This document shows positions 1 to 9,781 of a stretch of 39,177 nucleotides of DNA, piece after piece; positions within the stretch are counted from its first letter, which is position 1, and the number at the start of each line of letters is the position of its first letter. The position numbers and the translations under genes are program-made. Source of the stretch: an uncultured Micavibrio sp. (GTDB lineage: Bacteria; Pseudomonadota; Alphaproteobacteria; Micavibrionales; UBA1664); contig CALBME010000086.1 of NCBI GenBank assembly GCA_937896295.1, positions 1 to 39,177 of the forward strand. Direction: 5' to 3'. The notes beneath the pieces were generated by a model. That model was not told the DNA's origin, did no database searches, and worked only from the letters and a program-made list of their open reading frames with translations.

Positions 1-39
1 CGTATCCGGGAATGAAACTACGGGATTGCGGAACTGGAA

Positions 40-417
40 TTGCTGCATCGAGAAATCAGGAATTCGGGCTTTCTTTCCAAATATCGGACCGCTGAAACCG
101 CGCCCGATTACTTGCGTTTCTGGTTTGAATACGCGCGTCCCGGCGCCGACCGCTTTGTGCTGGTCGAAGGCGTCGATGACATGCCGTGGCGCGAGGAACC
201 CACCCCGCAGGCCCGCAAATCGCTGGCCCGCACCGTCATGCCGATAGAACAGATCCATGAAGGCGCAGGCGGATTCGCCTTTGTCGCCTGCGTGCTTTTC
301 CGCGATACGCTTTTCCGCTGCACCATGGAAATCAGCCCGCAGGGCAAGGTGGAAATCGTATCCCGCGAAGTGGTGGCCGAAGGCCTGACCGTCAGCGACC
401 CGATGACCGCGCTTTAA
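40..417 (+). CDS. hypothetical protein (125 aa, TTG start)
   Basis: Open frame with mostly G/C third positions. An in-frame stop at 13-15 shows it is not cut by the window edge. No recognisable motif. An AT-rich spacer follows. Confidence 0.45.
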   Translation: MLHREIRNSGFLSKYRTAETAPDYLRFWFEYARPGADRFVLVEGVDDMPWREEPTPQARKSLARTVMPIEQIHEGAGGFAFVACVLFRDTLFRCTMEISPQGKVEIVSREVVAEGLTVSDPMTAL

Positions 418-592
418 GCCGCATGGCCGCCCACAGAGGCTTTTTCGTATTTAACAAGTCATTGAATTAAATAGATAATATTTCACTGGTTTTCAATAAT
501 CCATAAAGATCTCGTTAGTCTTTCATTGGTGAGTCCTTAACCACCGCCCCGTAAAATGAATGAGGATTAACAATGACTAAGGGTCTTGGGTT

Positions 593-1912
593 ATGGGTAC
601 CGAAAACAACAACGGCGACAGCTTCATCTATCACGGTCCGCTTGCGACACGCATGGCGTGCCATATGGGCGATCGCCTCTCTCCCGTGATCTGCAACATC
701 CTTGGCGACCAGCCGCTTTTCTACATCGACTATGTCGACGCGGATGAAGCCGAACTGGATGCAAGCCTGGGCCTTCTGACCGGCGAACAGATGCCGGCCG
801 AATTCTATCCTGAAAACCTCGACTCCCTTCGTGCCCGCATGGCGCGTCTGGAAGGTGCAAGCCAGCACATCGACGGCTATGCCCGCGACAACATCGAAAT
901 GGCTTTCGACGCGGCCCTGTCCGCCCCGTCAGCCGCCGTCACCGCCGAACAGGTCATCGACCAGCTGTCCCAGTCAGCGATGGCGATGGCCATGTATGCC
1001 GACGCCCTCAAGCGCGGCCTGAAAATCGTAAGCTCCGCCCAGGTCGATACGGCCGCCTATGACCGCGATGCCATGACCATCCTGGTCAACCCGCGCCTGC
1101 CTTTGTCCATTGCCACGCTCATGACCGTGCGTGCGTTGCGCCAGGCATGGCTGCACATGAATGGCGTTGCTATCAACCCGCTGCATTTCGCACCCGAAGA
1201 AGCCGTGCTGCTCAACCGTATTCAGCAGGCTGACCAGGCCTGCGCGATGGTGCGCACCGCGTGGGAACTGAATCTGTCCGGAAACAAGGACGCATGGTCC
1301 CGCATCCTCACGGGTTCGGCCTATGATCTGGCCGCCGGTTTCGCCCGCGAGGCGATCGCCGATTTCCGTTCCCTCAACAATGGTCAGGCCGCGCATGCTG
1401 CGTTTGAACGCTGGTTCTTCTCGGGCCGTTGCAAGGACGTTGACCGCCGCCTGATCCAGTCGATGCTGGCAGACCACCATGGTCTTGTTTTCGACAACCC
1501 GCATGTTTCCAAAATCGTCACCGGCGACATCATTGCACGCACCGGCGACCTGCCGATGGGCAAAAACTATCTGACCGGTATGATCGAAATGATCCTTTCC
1601 GATCCGCTCTTCACCGAGGTGCGCGACCGTTCCAACGCCAATTTCCTGTGGTTTATCAAATTCGAACGCAGCTTCCGCGCATCGGAAGACACGATGGAAC
1701 AGAACATGCAGGGTATCCCCTCGATCCCCGCGGGCGTCCCTCATGCCGCCCCGTTCCACTCGCAAGGTGAGGCCAATGAAGCCAAAGCCGAAATCATCGC
1801 GTTCAGGTCTGGCAAAACGGTCGCAAAAGACACGGTGGGCAAGAAAAACGGCACCAGCAATATGGCAACCGTTTATTACCTCGACCACTTCCTGTCCCTG
1901 TCCAATCGTTAA
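593..1912 (+). CDS. hypothetical protein, paralog A of a tandem pair (439 aa)
   Basis: Coding-like codon usage. Shares collinear motifs with the next ORF (RALRQAW/ALRAAW, AFERWF/AFLQWF, NYLTG/SYLGS). The long antisense ORF 974-2425 looks like a shadow frame. Confidence 0.7.
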   Translation: MGTENNNGDSFIYHGPLATRMACHMGDRLSPVICNILGDQPLFYIDYVDADEAELDASLGLLTGEQMPAEFYPENLDSLRARMARLEGASQHIDGYARDNIEMAFDAALSAPSAAVTAEQVIDQLSQSAMAMAMYADALKRGLKIVSSAQVDTAAYDRDAMTILVNPRLPLSIATLMTVRALRQAWLHMNGVAINPLHFAPEEAVLLNRIQQADQACAMVRTAWELNLSGNKDAWSRILTGSAYDLAAGFAREAIADFRSLNNGQAAHAAFERWFFSGRCKDVDRRLIQSMLADHHGLVFDNPHVSKIVTGDIIARTGDLPMGKNYLTGMIEMILSDPLFTEVRDRSNANFLWFIKFERSFRASEDTMEQNMQGIPSIPAGVPHAAPFHSQGEANEAKAEIIAFRSGKTVAKDTVGKKNGTSNMATVYYLDHFLSLSNR

Positions 1913-1981
1913 GATTCGGATTCCCAACGAATCGGAACCTGTGTATAACCTCGGGCGTTCGAAAGAACAGACCCTCTGATT

Positions 1982-2872
1982 ATGGCTATTTCCTTGCCAC
2001 ACATCATCGACTGCACAGATCCTGAAGACCTGCTGGCCAACTGGCCGGTGGCGGCGCTTGTCCAGGCGTCTGACACCGCGCTGTGTCTGGCGGTGGATCT
2101 TGACGGCTGGCTGCTTCAGGGGGCTGATCTTGGCGACACGCCCTTTGAACTCGATACGGATAACCGCATCATTACGGTAAACAACGGCGGCCTGGCCGAT
2201 GTGGCCATCGCACGCTCCCGCTATTTTCAGCATGGCCTGACCTTGCGTACCTTTGCGGCCTTGCGCGCCGCATGGCAATCGCTGCGCGCCGATGACGCTT
2301 TGACCATGCACCGCGTCGATCTGTGGCCCCTTTTGAACCGCGTGCTGGAAGCCGACGGCGCGGTCATGACCCTGCGCATGGCCTACGAAACCCGCAAAGA
2401 CGGCGATGACGCCCTCTGGCACCATGCGCTGGGCGAAAACGACAGCGACATCGCACAGGATTATGCCCGTACCCTTGGCCGCACGCCGGCCATACTGGCG
2501 GACGGACCCGCGCTCACATCCGCCTTCCTGCAGTGGTTCGAACGTGACGCCCGCGTCACGAAATGCGACTTTGAAACGCTGGCCATGATGGATCGGGAGC
2601 TGGCCGACCTGTCATTCGAAGGCCGCGGCACGCTGGCGGACGGCGCCATCCGCTGCCTTGCGATCGATCCGCTGACCAATACCTCTTATCTCGGCTCCTA
2701 TGCCGCCGAAATTGCCGGGAACCCGGCATGGCGCAGCATCAAGGACGACATGGCGGCCGCGCATTTCGCGCAGATCATGGGTGATATCGGCTCGGTGCGC
2801 GTCGGCAATCTGGCGATCCGCGACAGAAAACTGGCCGCACGCCTCTTTCCTGACCAGCTGGTTCAGGCCTAA
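1982..2872 (+). CDS. hypothetical protein, paralog B of a tandem pair (296 aa)
   Basis: Collinear similarity to the C-terminal two thirds of 593-1912. Same strand, 69-nt spacer. Confidence 0.7.
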   Translation: MAISLPHIIDCTDPEDLLANWPVAALVQASDTALCLAVDLDGWLLQGADLGDTPFELDTDNRIITVNNGGLADVAIARSRYFQHGLTLRTFAALRAAWQSLRADDALTMHRVDLWPLLNRVLEADGAVMTLRMAYETRKDGDDALWHHALGENDSDIAQDYARTLGRTPAILADGPALTSAFLQWFERDARVTKCDFETLAMMDRELADLSFEGRGTLADGAIRCLAIDPLTNTSYLGSYAAEIAGNPAWRSIKDDMAAAHFAQIMGDIGSVRVGNLAIRDRKLAARLFPDQLVQA

Positions 2873-2884
2873 ACTGGACGCCTG

Positions 2885-3724
2885 ATGGCGGGGCGCTTTT
2901 ATTTACATCTTGTTTCCGATGCCACCGGCACCACCCTTCACGGTGTGGCGCGGGCCTGCCTTGCGCAGTTCGAGGACGCGACTCCGTCGGAAAAATTCTG
3001 GAATTTCATCCGCACCGAGGAACAGCTCGACCAGGTAATCGAGGGCATCGCAGAAACACCCGGACCGGTTCTTTTTACGCTGGTGGAAAAAGAACTGCGC
3101 AAAAAACTGCGCGATGCCTGCAACCGGCTGCAGGTGCCGTGCGTGCCTGTGTTGGATCCGATCCTGCGCGGCCTGTCGCATTATCTGGGACAGGCGTCGA
3201 AGGAAAAACCGGCAGCTCAATACGAACTCAACGCTGCCTATTTCGAACGCATCGATGCCGTCGATTTCGCCCTGCATCACGACGATGGCCAAAGCCTCGA
3301 TACCATCGACGATGCGGAAGTGATACTGGTCGGCGCATCGCGCACGTCCAAGACACCGACATCCATCTATCTCGCCAATCGCGGCATACGCACGGCCAAC
3401 ATCCCGCTTGTCCCCGGCGTCGATGTCCCGCCCGAGGCGTTCGAACATAAAGGACCTTTGTATATCGGCCTGGTCGAGGCGCCCGAACGTCTTGTCGAAA
3501 TCCGCAAAAACCGCCTGAAGACAGGCGAAGTGCTCGACATGCGCTTTGCGCAAAGCGCTTACCTCTCGCTTGAGGCGGTGGACGAAGAAATACGCAAGGC
3601 GCGTAAACTGTTTTCATCCCATGGCTGGCCGGTGATTGATGTCACGCGCCGCAGCGTCGAGGAAACCGCCGCCGAGATCATGGTACTGCTCAACCGTCAC
3701 CACCCGGACAGGATGCTGCTATGA
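2885..3724 (+). CDS. ppsR: pyruvate,phosphate dikinase / PEP synthase regulatory protein (bifunctional kinase-pyrophosphorylase, DUF299 family)
   Basis: N-terminal 'YLHLVSDATGTTL' and P-loop-like 'ILVGASRTSKTPTSIYLA' are typical of this family. Its stop overlaps the aroE start (ATGA). Confidence 0.85.
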   Translation: MAGRFYLHLVSDATGTTLHGVARACLAQFEDATPSEKFWNFIRTEEQLDQVIEGIAETPGPVLFTLVEKELRKKLRDACNRLQVPCVPVLDPILRGLSHYLGQASKEKPAAQYELNAAYFERIDAVDFALHHDDGQSLDTIDDAEVILVGASRTSKTPTSIYLANRGIRTANIPLVPGVDVPPEAFEHKGPLYIGLVEAPERLVEIRKNRLKTGEVLDMRFAQSAYLSLEAVDEEIRKARKLFSSHGWPVIDVTRRSVEETAAEIMVLLNRHHPDRMLL

Positions 3725-4539
3725 CCTCAAAGGCAGGCGTGATCGGCTGGCCGGTCAATCATTCGAAATCCCCGCTGATTCACAATCACTGGCTCGACCG
3801 CTACAGCATCGTCGGTACGTACGAGGCGATCGCCGTGCAGCCGAACGCGCTTAAAGACAGCATCGCGCGCATGGTCGACGCGGGTTTTCGCGGTTTTAAC
3901 ATCACGGTGCCGCACAAACAGGCGGTAATGGATCATGTCGATTTCCTGCGTGCTGACGCCGAACGCATCGGCGCGGTCAACACCGTGGTGATCGCCCCGG
4001 ACGGCACGCTGGAAGGGCGGAACACCGACGCATTCGGCTTTATTGCCAACCTTAAATTGTCCGCACCTGACTTTAACTTAAGGGGCGGGCCTGCTGTCGT
4101 GATCGGGGCAGGGGGCGCGGCACGCGCCGTCATCTATGCCCTGCAGAAAGAAGGCGTCGACAATATCCGCATCATCAACCGCACGCTGCAGCGTGCCCGC
4201 GAACTGGCCGATGAATTTCCGCCCTGTGTCGGTGCGGCTTGGGAACGCCTGCCCGACCTGACTAAAGACGCCAACCTGATCGTCAATACCACCACGCTTG
4301 GTATGGCGGGGCACCCGCCGCTCGATCTCGATTTCAGCCGCGTCAATCCCGGCGCCCTGGTCCATGACATCGTTTATGCACCGCTGGAAACCCCGCTGCT
4401 GCGCGACGCGCGTAAAAACGGCAATCGTGTCGTTACGGGTATCGGCATGCTGCTGCATCAGGCGCGGCCCGCGTTCGAGGCGTGGTTCGGCGTCATGCCC
4501 GATGTTGACCCTGATCTGGTGAAAAAGGTGCTGGCATGA
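3721..4539 (+). CDS. aroE: shikimate dehydrogenase
   Basis: Motifs 'GVIGWPVNHSKSPLIHN' and 'NITVPHK', plus the Rossmann motif 'GAGGAARAV'. Confidence 0.9.
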   Translation: MTSKAGVIGWPVNHSKSPLIHNHWLDRYSIVGTYEAIAVQPNALKDSIARMVDAGFRGFNITVPHKQAVMDHVDFLRADAERIGAVNTVVIAPDGTLEGRNTDAFGFIANLKLSAPDFNLRGGPAVVIGAGGAARAVIYALQKEGVDNIRIINRTLQRARELADEFPPCVGAAWERLPDLTKDANLIVNTTTLGMAGHPPLDLDFSRVNPGALVHDIVYAPLETPLLRDARKNGNRVVTGIGMLLHQARPAFEAWFGVMPDVDPDLVKKVLA

Positions 4540-5156
4540 TCGTCGTCGGACTGACGGGTTCGATCGGCATGGGGAAATCGGTACTCGCACGTCAGCTGCG
4601 CGCGCTGAATATTCCGGTGCACGCCTCGGACGAGGCAGTGCACAAACTGTTAGGATATAACGGCGCAGCCGTCCGGAAAGTCGCCGGGTTGTTCCCAAAA
4701 GCGTTACAAGATAACAGAATCGATCATAAAATTCTGGGCGCGATCGTCTTCAATGACGCAGTTGCGAGAAAAAAACTCGAAAAAATTCTGCATCCCATGG
4801 TACGTGCCGAGTCCGAGAAATTTTTGCGTAACCAGAGAAAAAAGGGCAGAAAACTGGCCGTTCTGGACATTCCTCTTTTGTTTGAGACGCATCAGGCGCG
4901 CCGTTTTGACCACATCATCGTGGTCACAGCGCCACAATTTGTCCAAAAACGGCGCGTACTGTCACGGAAGAACATGACGGAACAACGCCTGCGTGCGATA
5001 CTGGGTTTGCAGATGTCCGACCGTGAAAAACGCGCCCGCGCGGACACGGTCATCAATACCGCCCTTGGGTATCGCGCCACGCTGATGGCCGTAAAACGGT
5101 TACTGACGCACCTGAAGGGCGAAGGGAAAAAGGATAATGACGAACACCGATCCTAA
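4536..5156 (+). CDS. coaE: dephospho-CoA kinase
   Basis: N-terminal P-loop 'GLTGSIGMGKS'. Length and position (aroE-coaE-dnaQ) fit. ATGA overlap with aroE. Confidence 0.9.
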   Translation: MIVVGLTGSIGMGKSVLARQLRALNIPVHASDEAVHKLLGYNGAAVRKVAGLFPKALQDNRIDHKILGAIVFNDAVARKKLEKILHPMVRAESEKFLRNQRKKGRKLAVLDIPLLFETHQARRFDHIIVVTAPQFVQKRRVLSRKNMTEQRLRAILGLQMSDREKRARADTVINTALGYRATLMAVKRLLTHLKGEGKKDNDEHRS

Positions 5157-5898
5157 AGTATGGGCCTTCGTCCACGTGACGCACGAAGATCTGGGATCGT
5201 TCGAACATGTCTTGCGCGCGCATCACATCCGCCCGCGCACTTTTCTGACCGGCACCTGCGACATCGAATGCCTCGACCCGGCCGAGGCCGATCTGGTCAT
5301 CATTATGGGCGGCCCGATGGGCGTGTACGAGGCCAACAGCTATCCCCACCTGCATCATGAAATCCGTTTTGCGGAAGAACGCGTGGCGCTGGGCAAACCC
5401 ATCCTCGGCGTATGCCTTGGGTCCCAGATTCTGGCCAAGGCGCTGGGCGCCCGCGTTTACAAGGGCAAGCCGGGCAAGGAAGTGGGCTGGAAACCCGTCT
5501 CCGTGAACGAGGCCGGCAAGAAAACCGCGCTGAAACATCTCGATCAGGAACACTGCGTCTGCGCGCACTGGCACGGCGATACATTCGACCTGCCAGGCGG
5601 CGCACAACTGCTGGCCAGTTCCGAAATGTATGAACATCAGGCGTTTTCATACGGCAAAAACGCGCTTGGCCTGCAATTCCATCCGGAAGTCACCGAAGTT
5701 AAACTGGAACGCTGGTACGCCCGCCTTTTGTGCGACATCCATGAATCCGGCCAGACGGTGGAAGGCATGCGCGAACTGGCCCATCGCCACGGCGACCGCC
5801 TGAAAAACCAGAACCGCTGCTTCTTCACCGACTGGCTGGACGACGTTGCGCCGGGCCTTCTTGTGAAACAACCGCACGCGCTGGTTGACGCCGTATGA
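5137..5898 (+). CDS. class I glutamine amidotransferase-like protein
   Basis: Nucleophile elbow 'ILGVCLGSQIL' and 'LQFHPE' His/Glu motif. AAGGA Shine-Dalgarno before the ATG. 20-nt overlap with the coaE end. Confidence 0.8.
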   Translation: MTNTDPKVWAFVHVTHEDLGSFEHVLRAHHIRPRTFLTGTCDIECLDPAEADLVIIMGGPMGVYEANSYPHLHHEIRFAEERVALGKPILGVCLGSQILAKALGARVYKGKPGKEVGWKPVSVNEAGKKTALKHLDQEHCVCAHWHGDTFDLPGGAQLLASSEMYEHQAFSYGKNALGLQFHPEVTEVKLERWYARLLCDIHESGQTVEGMRELAHRHGDRLKNQNRCFFTDWLDDVAPGLLVKQPHALVDAV

Positions 5899-5920
5899 CA
5901 CGCCCCCCTTATAATGGGGC

Positions 5921-6613
5921 ATGCGTGAAATCGTTCTCGATACTGAAACCACGGGCATGGACCCGGCGACAGGCGACCGGATTGTCGAAATCGGCTGCGT
6001 CGAACTGATGAACCATGTGCCCACCGGGCGCACGCTGCATCTATACCTGAATCCTGAACGCGACGTACCGGCCGAAGCCGTGGCCGTTCATGGGCTGACC
6101 TATGACTTCCTCAAAAAACATCCGACCTTTGCCGAAGTGGTCGACCAGTTTCTTGAATTCATCGGCGATGACGTTCTGGTCATTCACAACGCAGAATTCG
6201 ATATCAAGTTTCTGAACGCCGAATTGCGCACGCTGGGCTTCCCCGCGTTGCAGATGCGCCGTGTCATTGACACCGTCATGGTCGCGCGCCGCAAATTTCC
6301 CGGCTCGCCCGCCAGCCTTGATGCGCTCTGCCGGCGATTTAACGTCGACCTCTCAAGCCGTTCGCTGCACGGAGCGCTGCTCGACTCCGAACTTCTGGCG
6401 GTGGTCTATCTTGAATTGCTGGGCGGGCGCCAGCACGGTCTTACCCTCGATACCCCGCCGCTGAAATCCGCGATGCAGGAAGGTACAAACATCCCGGTGG
6501 TGGAAGCCCGCCTCCCGCGTCCCTTACGTGTGTTCACGCCGACACCGGAGGAAGAGGCCGCGCACGCAGCCCTCGTCGAAAAACTGAAAGACCCGATCTG
6601 GAAAAAAGCCTGA
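5921..6613 (+). CDS. dnaQ: DNA polymerase III epsilon subunit (3'-5' proofreading exonuclease)
   Basis: Exo motifs 'VLDTETTG', 'HNAEFD' and 'HGALLDSELL'. Confidence 0.92.
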   Translation: MREIVLDTETTGMDPATGDRIVEIGCVELMNHVPTGRTLHLYLNPERDVPAEAVAVHGLTYDFLKKHPTFAEVVDQFLEFIGDDVLVIHNAEFDIKFLNAELRTLGFPALQMRRVIDTVMVARRKFPGSPASLDALCRRFNVDLSSRSLHGALLDSELLAVVYLELLGGRQHGLTLDTPPLKSAMQEGTNIPVVEARLPRPLRVFTPTPEEEAAHAALVEKLKDPIWKKA

Positions 6614-6629
6614 AACGCCCGAACGCGGC

Positions 6630-7139
6630 TTACGCCGCGCTGGTGTTCGCTGCGCGCGCCTGCGCCAGGTACTGGTCGCGGTACATCCCTTCGAAGTCCA
6701 CCGGGTTGAGCAGCAGCGGCGGGAAGCCGGCCTGGCTGGTCACTTCGGCCAGGATCTGGCGTGCGAACGGGAAAGACAGTTTCGGCACTTCGATCATCAG
6801 CAGCGGGTGGTGATGCTGCTCCGGGACGACATTCCCGACCGATGCGACGACGCCGTAATCAAGCTCGACGATAAAGACGACATCCTTTTCACGCGTGGCC
6901 TGCGCCTCGATATGCAGGATGACTTCGTAAGCGGTGGCCTCCGGGCGCACCGGGTCGATCTTGCGTGCATCCAGCGTAACGTTGACGTTCATGGCCGGCA
7001 CGGGCTGTCCCGGCATCAGGCTTTGCGGCGCGCGGGGGTTTTCCAGCGACAGATCCTTTATATATTGAGCATGAACGGTCAGCGGCACCATGCGCGGGGC
7101 GGGATTATCACTTTGATTCTGCGGTTGATTTTCGGCCAT
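6630..7139 (-). CDS. secB: protein-export chaperone SecB
   Basis: SecB signature region 'LTVHAQYIKDLSLENP'. About 170 aa. Convergent with dnaQ, as in many Alphaproteobacteria. Confidence 0.92.
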   Translation of the reverse strand: MAENQPQNQSDNPAPRMVPLTVHAQYIKDLSLENPRAPQSLMPGQPVPAMNVNVTLDARKIDPVRPEATAYEVILHIEAQATREKDVVFIVELDYGVVASVGNVVPEQHHHPLLMIEVPKLSFPFARQILAEVTSQAGFPPLLLNPVDFEGMYRDQYLAQARAANTSAA

Positions 7140-7213
7140 GGTCTTTTGATATCGTCAGTTGTGTTCAAGTGCTGTAGCATGCGGCTTCTTCAATAACAAG
7201 ATATGGGACCTTT

Positions 7214-7915
7214 ATGGAGTTCTTGGAAAAAATTCCGACGGATATTCTCGTCTACGCTGCGATCGCAGGCGTGCTGCTGCTGTGGCTACGCAGTGTGCTT
7301 GGCACGCGCAATAACGAGGGCCGTCAGCGTCCCAATCCCTTCATAGTTCCGCAAGGCGGGGCCATGACGCAAGCAGGTCAGGGTGCGGCTGCTGCACCGT
7401 CTGCGAATACAGGCACGCCGGTCGATGCCGCGCTGGTCCAGATTGCCCTGGCCGATCGCGGGTTCGACACCAACCGTTTTCTTGAAACGGCAAAGGAAAC
7501 CTTTTCGTCCGTGGTCACGGCCTTCGCCGATGGCGACCGCGTCAAACTGAAAGAAATGTTGACCGAATCCGTCTACGCCGGATTTGACAAGGCGATCGCC
7601 GTGCGCGAAGCCGCCGGACATAAGGCCATGACCGAGGTGCTGATGATCCGCGATGCCGATATGATCGATGCGAAACTCGATGGCCGCATGGCATCCATCA
7701 CCCTGCGCATCAAGGCGGACGAGTCCTATGCGCTGACCGACGCCACCGGCAAAACTATCGCGGGCGATTCAGAACGCGTTGTCACCATGACCGATGTCTG
7801 GACCTTCACCCGCGACGTGAAGACGAAGGGCTCGCCCTGGCTGGTGTCGCAGACGCGCGATGACGTGAAAGAAAAAGACGCTCCCGTCCTGCCCGAGGCT
7901 GGCATCACCGTCTAG
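7214..7915 (+). CDS. Tim44-like domain membrane protein
   Basis: N-terminal TM helix, an Ala/Gly-rich linker and a C-terminal domain of about 150 aa. Sits at the conserved position divergent from secB. Confidence 0.75.
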   Translation: MEFLEKIPTDILVYAAIAGVLLLWLRSVLGTRNNEGRQRPNPFIVPQGGAMTQAGQGAAAAPSANTGTPVDAALVQIALADRGFDTNRFLETAKETFSSVVTAFADGDRVKLKEMLTESVYAGFDKAIAVREAAGHKAMTEVLMIRDADMIDAKLDGRMASITLRIKADESYALTDATGKTIAGDSERVVTMTDVWTFTRDVKTKGSPWLVSQTRDDVKEKDAPVLPEAGITV

Positions 7916-8271
7916 CCCGGCAGCATTTTGCCCAGTTTTTTCCCTGCAAGTATATGCAGGTGAAAATGCGGCACTTCCTGACCGCCGTGCGTACCGGTAT
8001 TCGCAATGACCCGGTAGCCGGCGGCGTCCAGTTGTTTCTCCGCCACGATTTTACCGATGGCCGCAAAAAAGGCGGACTGTTCCTCGGCGCTGGCCTTTTG
8101 CGCGAAATCGGTCAGCGTTTCGTACGCGCCCTTGGGAATCACCAGGATATGTGTCGGCGCCTGCGGATTGATGTCGTTAAAGGCCAGAACATGCGTGTCT
8201 TCGTAGACCGTGCTGTTCGGGATTTCCTTGCGCAGGATGCGGGCGAAAATATTATTCGGATCATAGGTCAT
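7912..8271 (-). CDS. HIT-family (histidine triad) nucleotide hydrolase
   Basis: Histidine triad 'HFHLHILAG'. I prefer the ATG at 8271 (MTYDPNNIFARI...) to the ORF-track start at 8328, which would overlap the upstream gene. Confidence 0.88.
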   Translation of the reverse strand: MTYDPNNIFARILRKEIPNSTVYEDTHVLAFNDINPQAPTHILVIPKGAYETLTDFAQKASAEEQSAFFAAIGKIVAEKQLDAAGYRVIANTGTHGGQEVPHFHLHILAGKKLGKMLPG

Positions 8272-8281
8272 TGGGCGTTCC

Positions 8282-9742
8282 TTACGTGTCGGGATAGATT
8301 TTCTGCCATTCGGACGGGCGCTCGGCAAAGGGCACGGCCTTCCAGCCGCGGTTCAGCACGTCCAGCGCGGGGTCCAGGAAAATACCGTCCTGCATGATCG
8401 GTGCACCGTCCAGAATGATTTCACCTTTTTTGCCGTACAGCATGGTGGTGATGTCCCAGTGCAGCAGGCTGCGGTTGCCGTTATCGACTACGACCGGATC
8501 GCCGATGTAATCGGTCATGGTGTAGGCGTCGCCGAGCGCAACATGAAAAGACCCGCCGATTTTTTCCGATAAAAGAATGCTGGTGACGTGACGTTTCAGG
8601 TAAGGGTTGGTGCCGATGCCGATTTCGCCGATACGTCTGGCGCCGTCATCCACCGACAATGCCTTATCCAGATGCTCCTGCCCCTTTTCCGCGCGCGCTC
8701 TGGTAAGCGTGCCGTCTTTGAAGACAAGGGTGATATTCTCAATAATCGCACCGGCCTCTTCCTTGGCTGAAAAACGGCCCTTGGCCACGATGATGCCGTT
8801 GGTGGAATCGATTTTGGGCGCGGAAAAAACCTCCGACCCCGGAATGTTACGTGCGATGACCGAATTGCAGAAGGTGAACCCGTCGATATTCATCGTAAGG
8901 TCGGTTCCATCGGCATTGGTAAAGCGTAATATTTTTCCGGCGTTCAGTTTTTCGATCAGCCTGTACTGCGCTTGCTTGATCAGGTCCCATGGCTGGTCGC
9001 ACATGCGGAAATACAGTTCGGCATAATCCTTATACGGGATGCCGTCGACCTCCGCGTCCCGCTTTGTGGGAATGGATGTCAGAACCGTGCGCAACCGGCC
9101 CGCGAGGACCTTTTCACGCCATGGGCGCAGCAGGTCGCGGTATTGCCGGCTTTTGGCGGTATCGGGCTCGATCAGCGGGCCTTCAGGCAGGTTGTGTTGT
9201 ACGAAAATGCGTGTTGTGACGTTCGCGCGCACGTTCAGAAAATGCGCGGCCAGTGCCTGCAAGGCCGTCTCGTCGGCATATTTGAAAAGAACCGCGGTAA
9301 AATTATCGTCGTAAATGCCGATATCGAAATCGAGTTTGCGCACGGCGCATTTTTCGAACAGTACGGCGCCGATATACCGCGCCTGATCCCCGATCTCGAT
9401 CACCGGCACGTCCTGATCCGACTGCACGATGAACAGCTTATCGGCCAGCGAATCCTGCAGTGCGCGGGGCGCGGGCGTTTCCGCAAAATCGCCCCAGTTC
9501 TGTAAGGGCGCTGCCGCAAGTTCGGTTTTGAAGGCGTCGTTGTGATGAAGGCCGGCGACAAAAATGCGGATCAGGCGGCGTGCCTTTTGTACGGCCCCGA
9601 TGGCGTCATCCGTGTACAGGTCGTGACCGTATGATGCCATCGCCTGCGTGATTTCGGTTTCCCACAGGCCGGGATCGGCGGCAAAGCGGCTTAACAGTGC
9701 AACATCATTTGCAAAATGCGGGGAAACCGATTTGAGAATCAT
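8282..9742 (-). CDS. M29-family aminopeptidase (AmpS/PepS-like) with an N-terminal extension
   Basis: C-terminal 'EIGIGTNP...GGSFHVALGDAY' resembles M29 metal-site motifs. At 486 aa it is longer than my memory of about 410 aa for this family. Confidence 0.75.
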   Translation of the reverse strand: MILKSVSPHFANDVALLSRFAADPGLWETEITQAMASYGHDLYTDDAIGAVQKARRLIRIFVAGLHHNDAFKTELAAAPLQNWGDFAETPAPRALQDSLADKLFIVQSDQDVPVIEIGDQARYIGAVLFEKCAVRKLDFDIGIYDDNFTAVLFKYADETALQALAAHFLNVRANVTTRIFVQHNLPEGPLIEPDTAKSRQYRDLLRPWREKVLAGRLRTVLTSIPTKRDAEVDGIPYKDYAELYFRMCDQPWDLIKQAQYRLIEKLNAGKILRFTNADGTDLTMNIDGFTFCNSVIARNIPGSEVFSAPKIDSTNGIIVAKGRFSAKEEAGAIIENITLVFKDGTLTRARAEKGQEHLDKALSVDDGARRIGEIGIGTNPYLKRHVTSILLSEKIGGSFHVALGDAYTMTDYIGDPVVVDNGNRSLLHWDITTMLYGKKGEIILDGAPIMQDGIFLDPALDVLNRGWKAVPFAERPSEWQKIYPDT

Positions 9743-9781
9743 AAGCCCAATTTATAGGGCTATATCAGGCGCATCAAGGCA

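Noticed and set aside
562-689. Strong GAGGA Shine-Dalgarno plus ATG at 573, opening a 38-codon frame that overlaps the 593 start out of frame
   Set aside because: Third positions in that frame are A/T-rich, unlike real genes here. It may be a chance ATG or a tiny leader ORF, and I cannot support it as a gene.
974-2425. 483-aa minus-strand ORF spanning both tandem paralogs
   Set aside because: Its Arg/Gly/His/Val-rich composition is typical of an antisense shadow frame in GC-rich DNA. It runs across the intergenic gap of two better-looking + strand genes.
7912-7915. Tim44-like and HIT genes share a palindromic CTAG, giving overlapping convergent stop codons
   Set aside because: Real, but trivial. 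It is a common compaction feature with no evident regulatory meaning.
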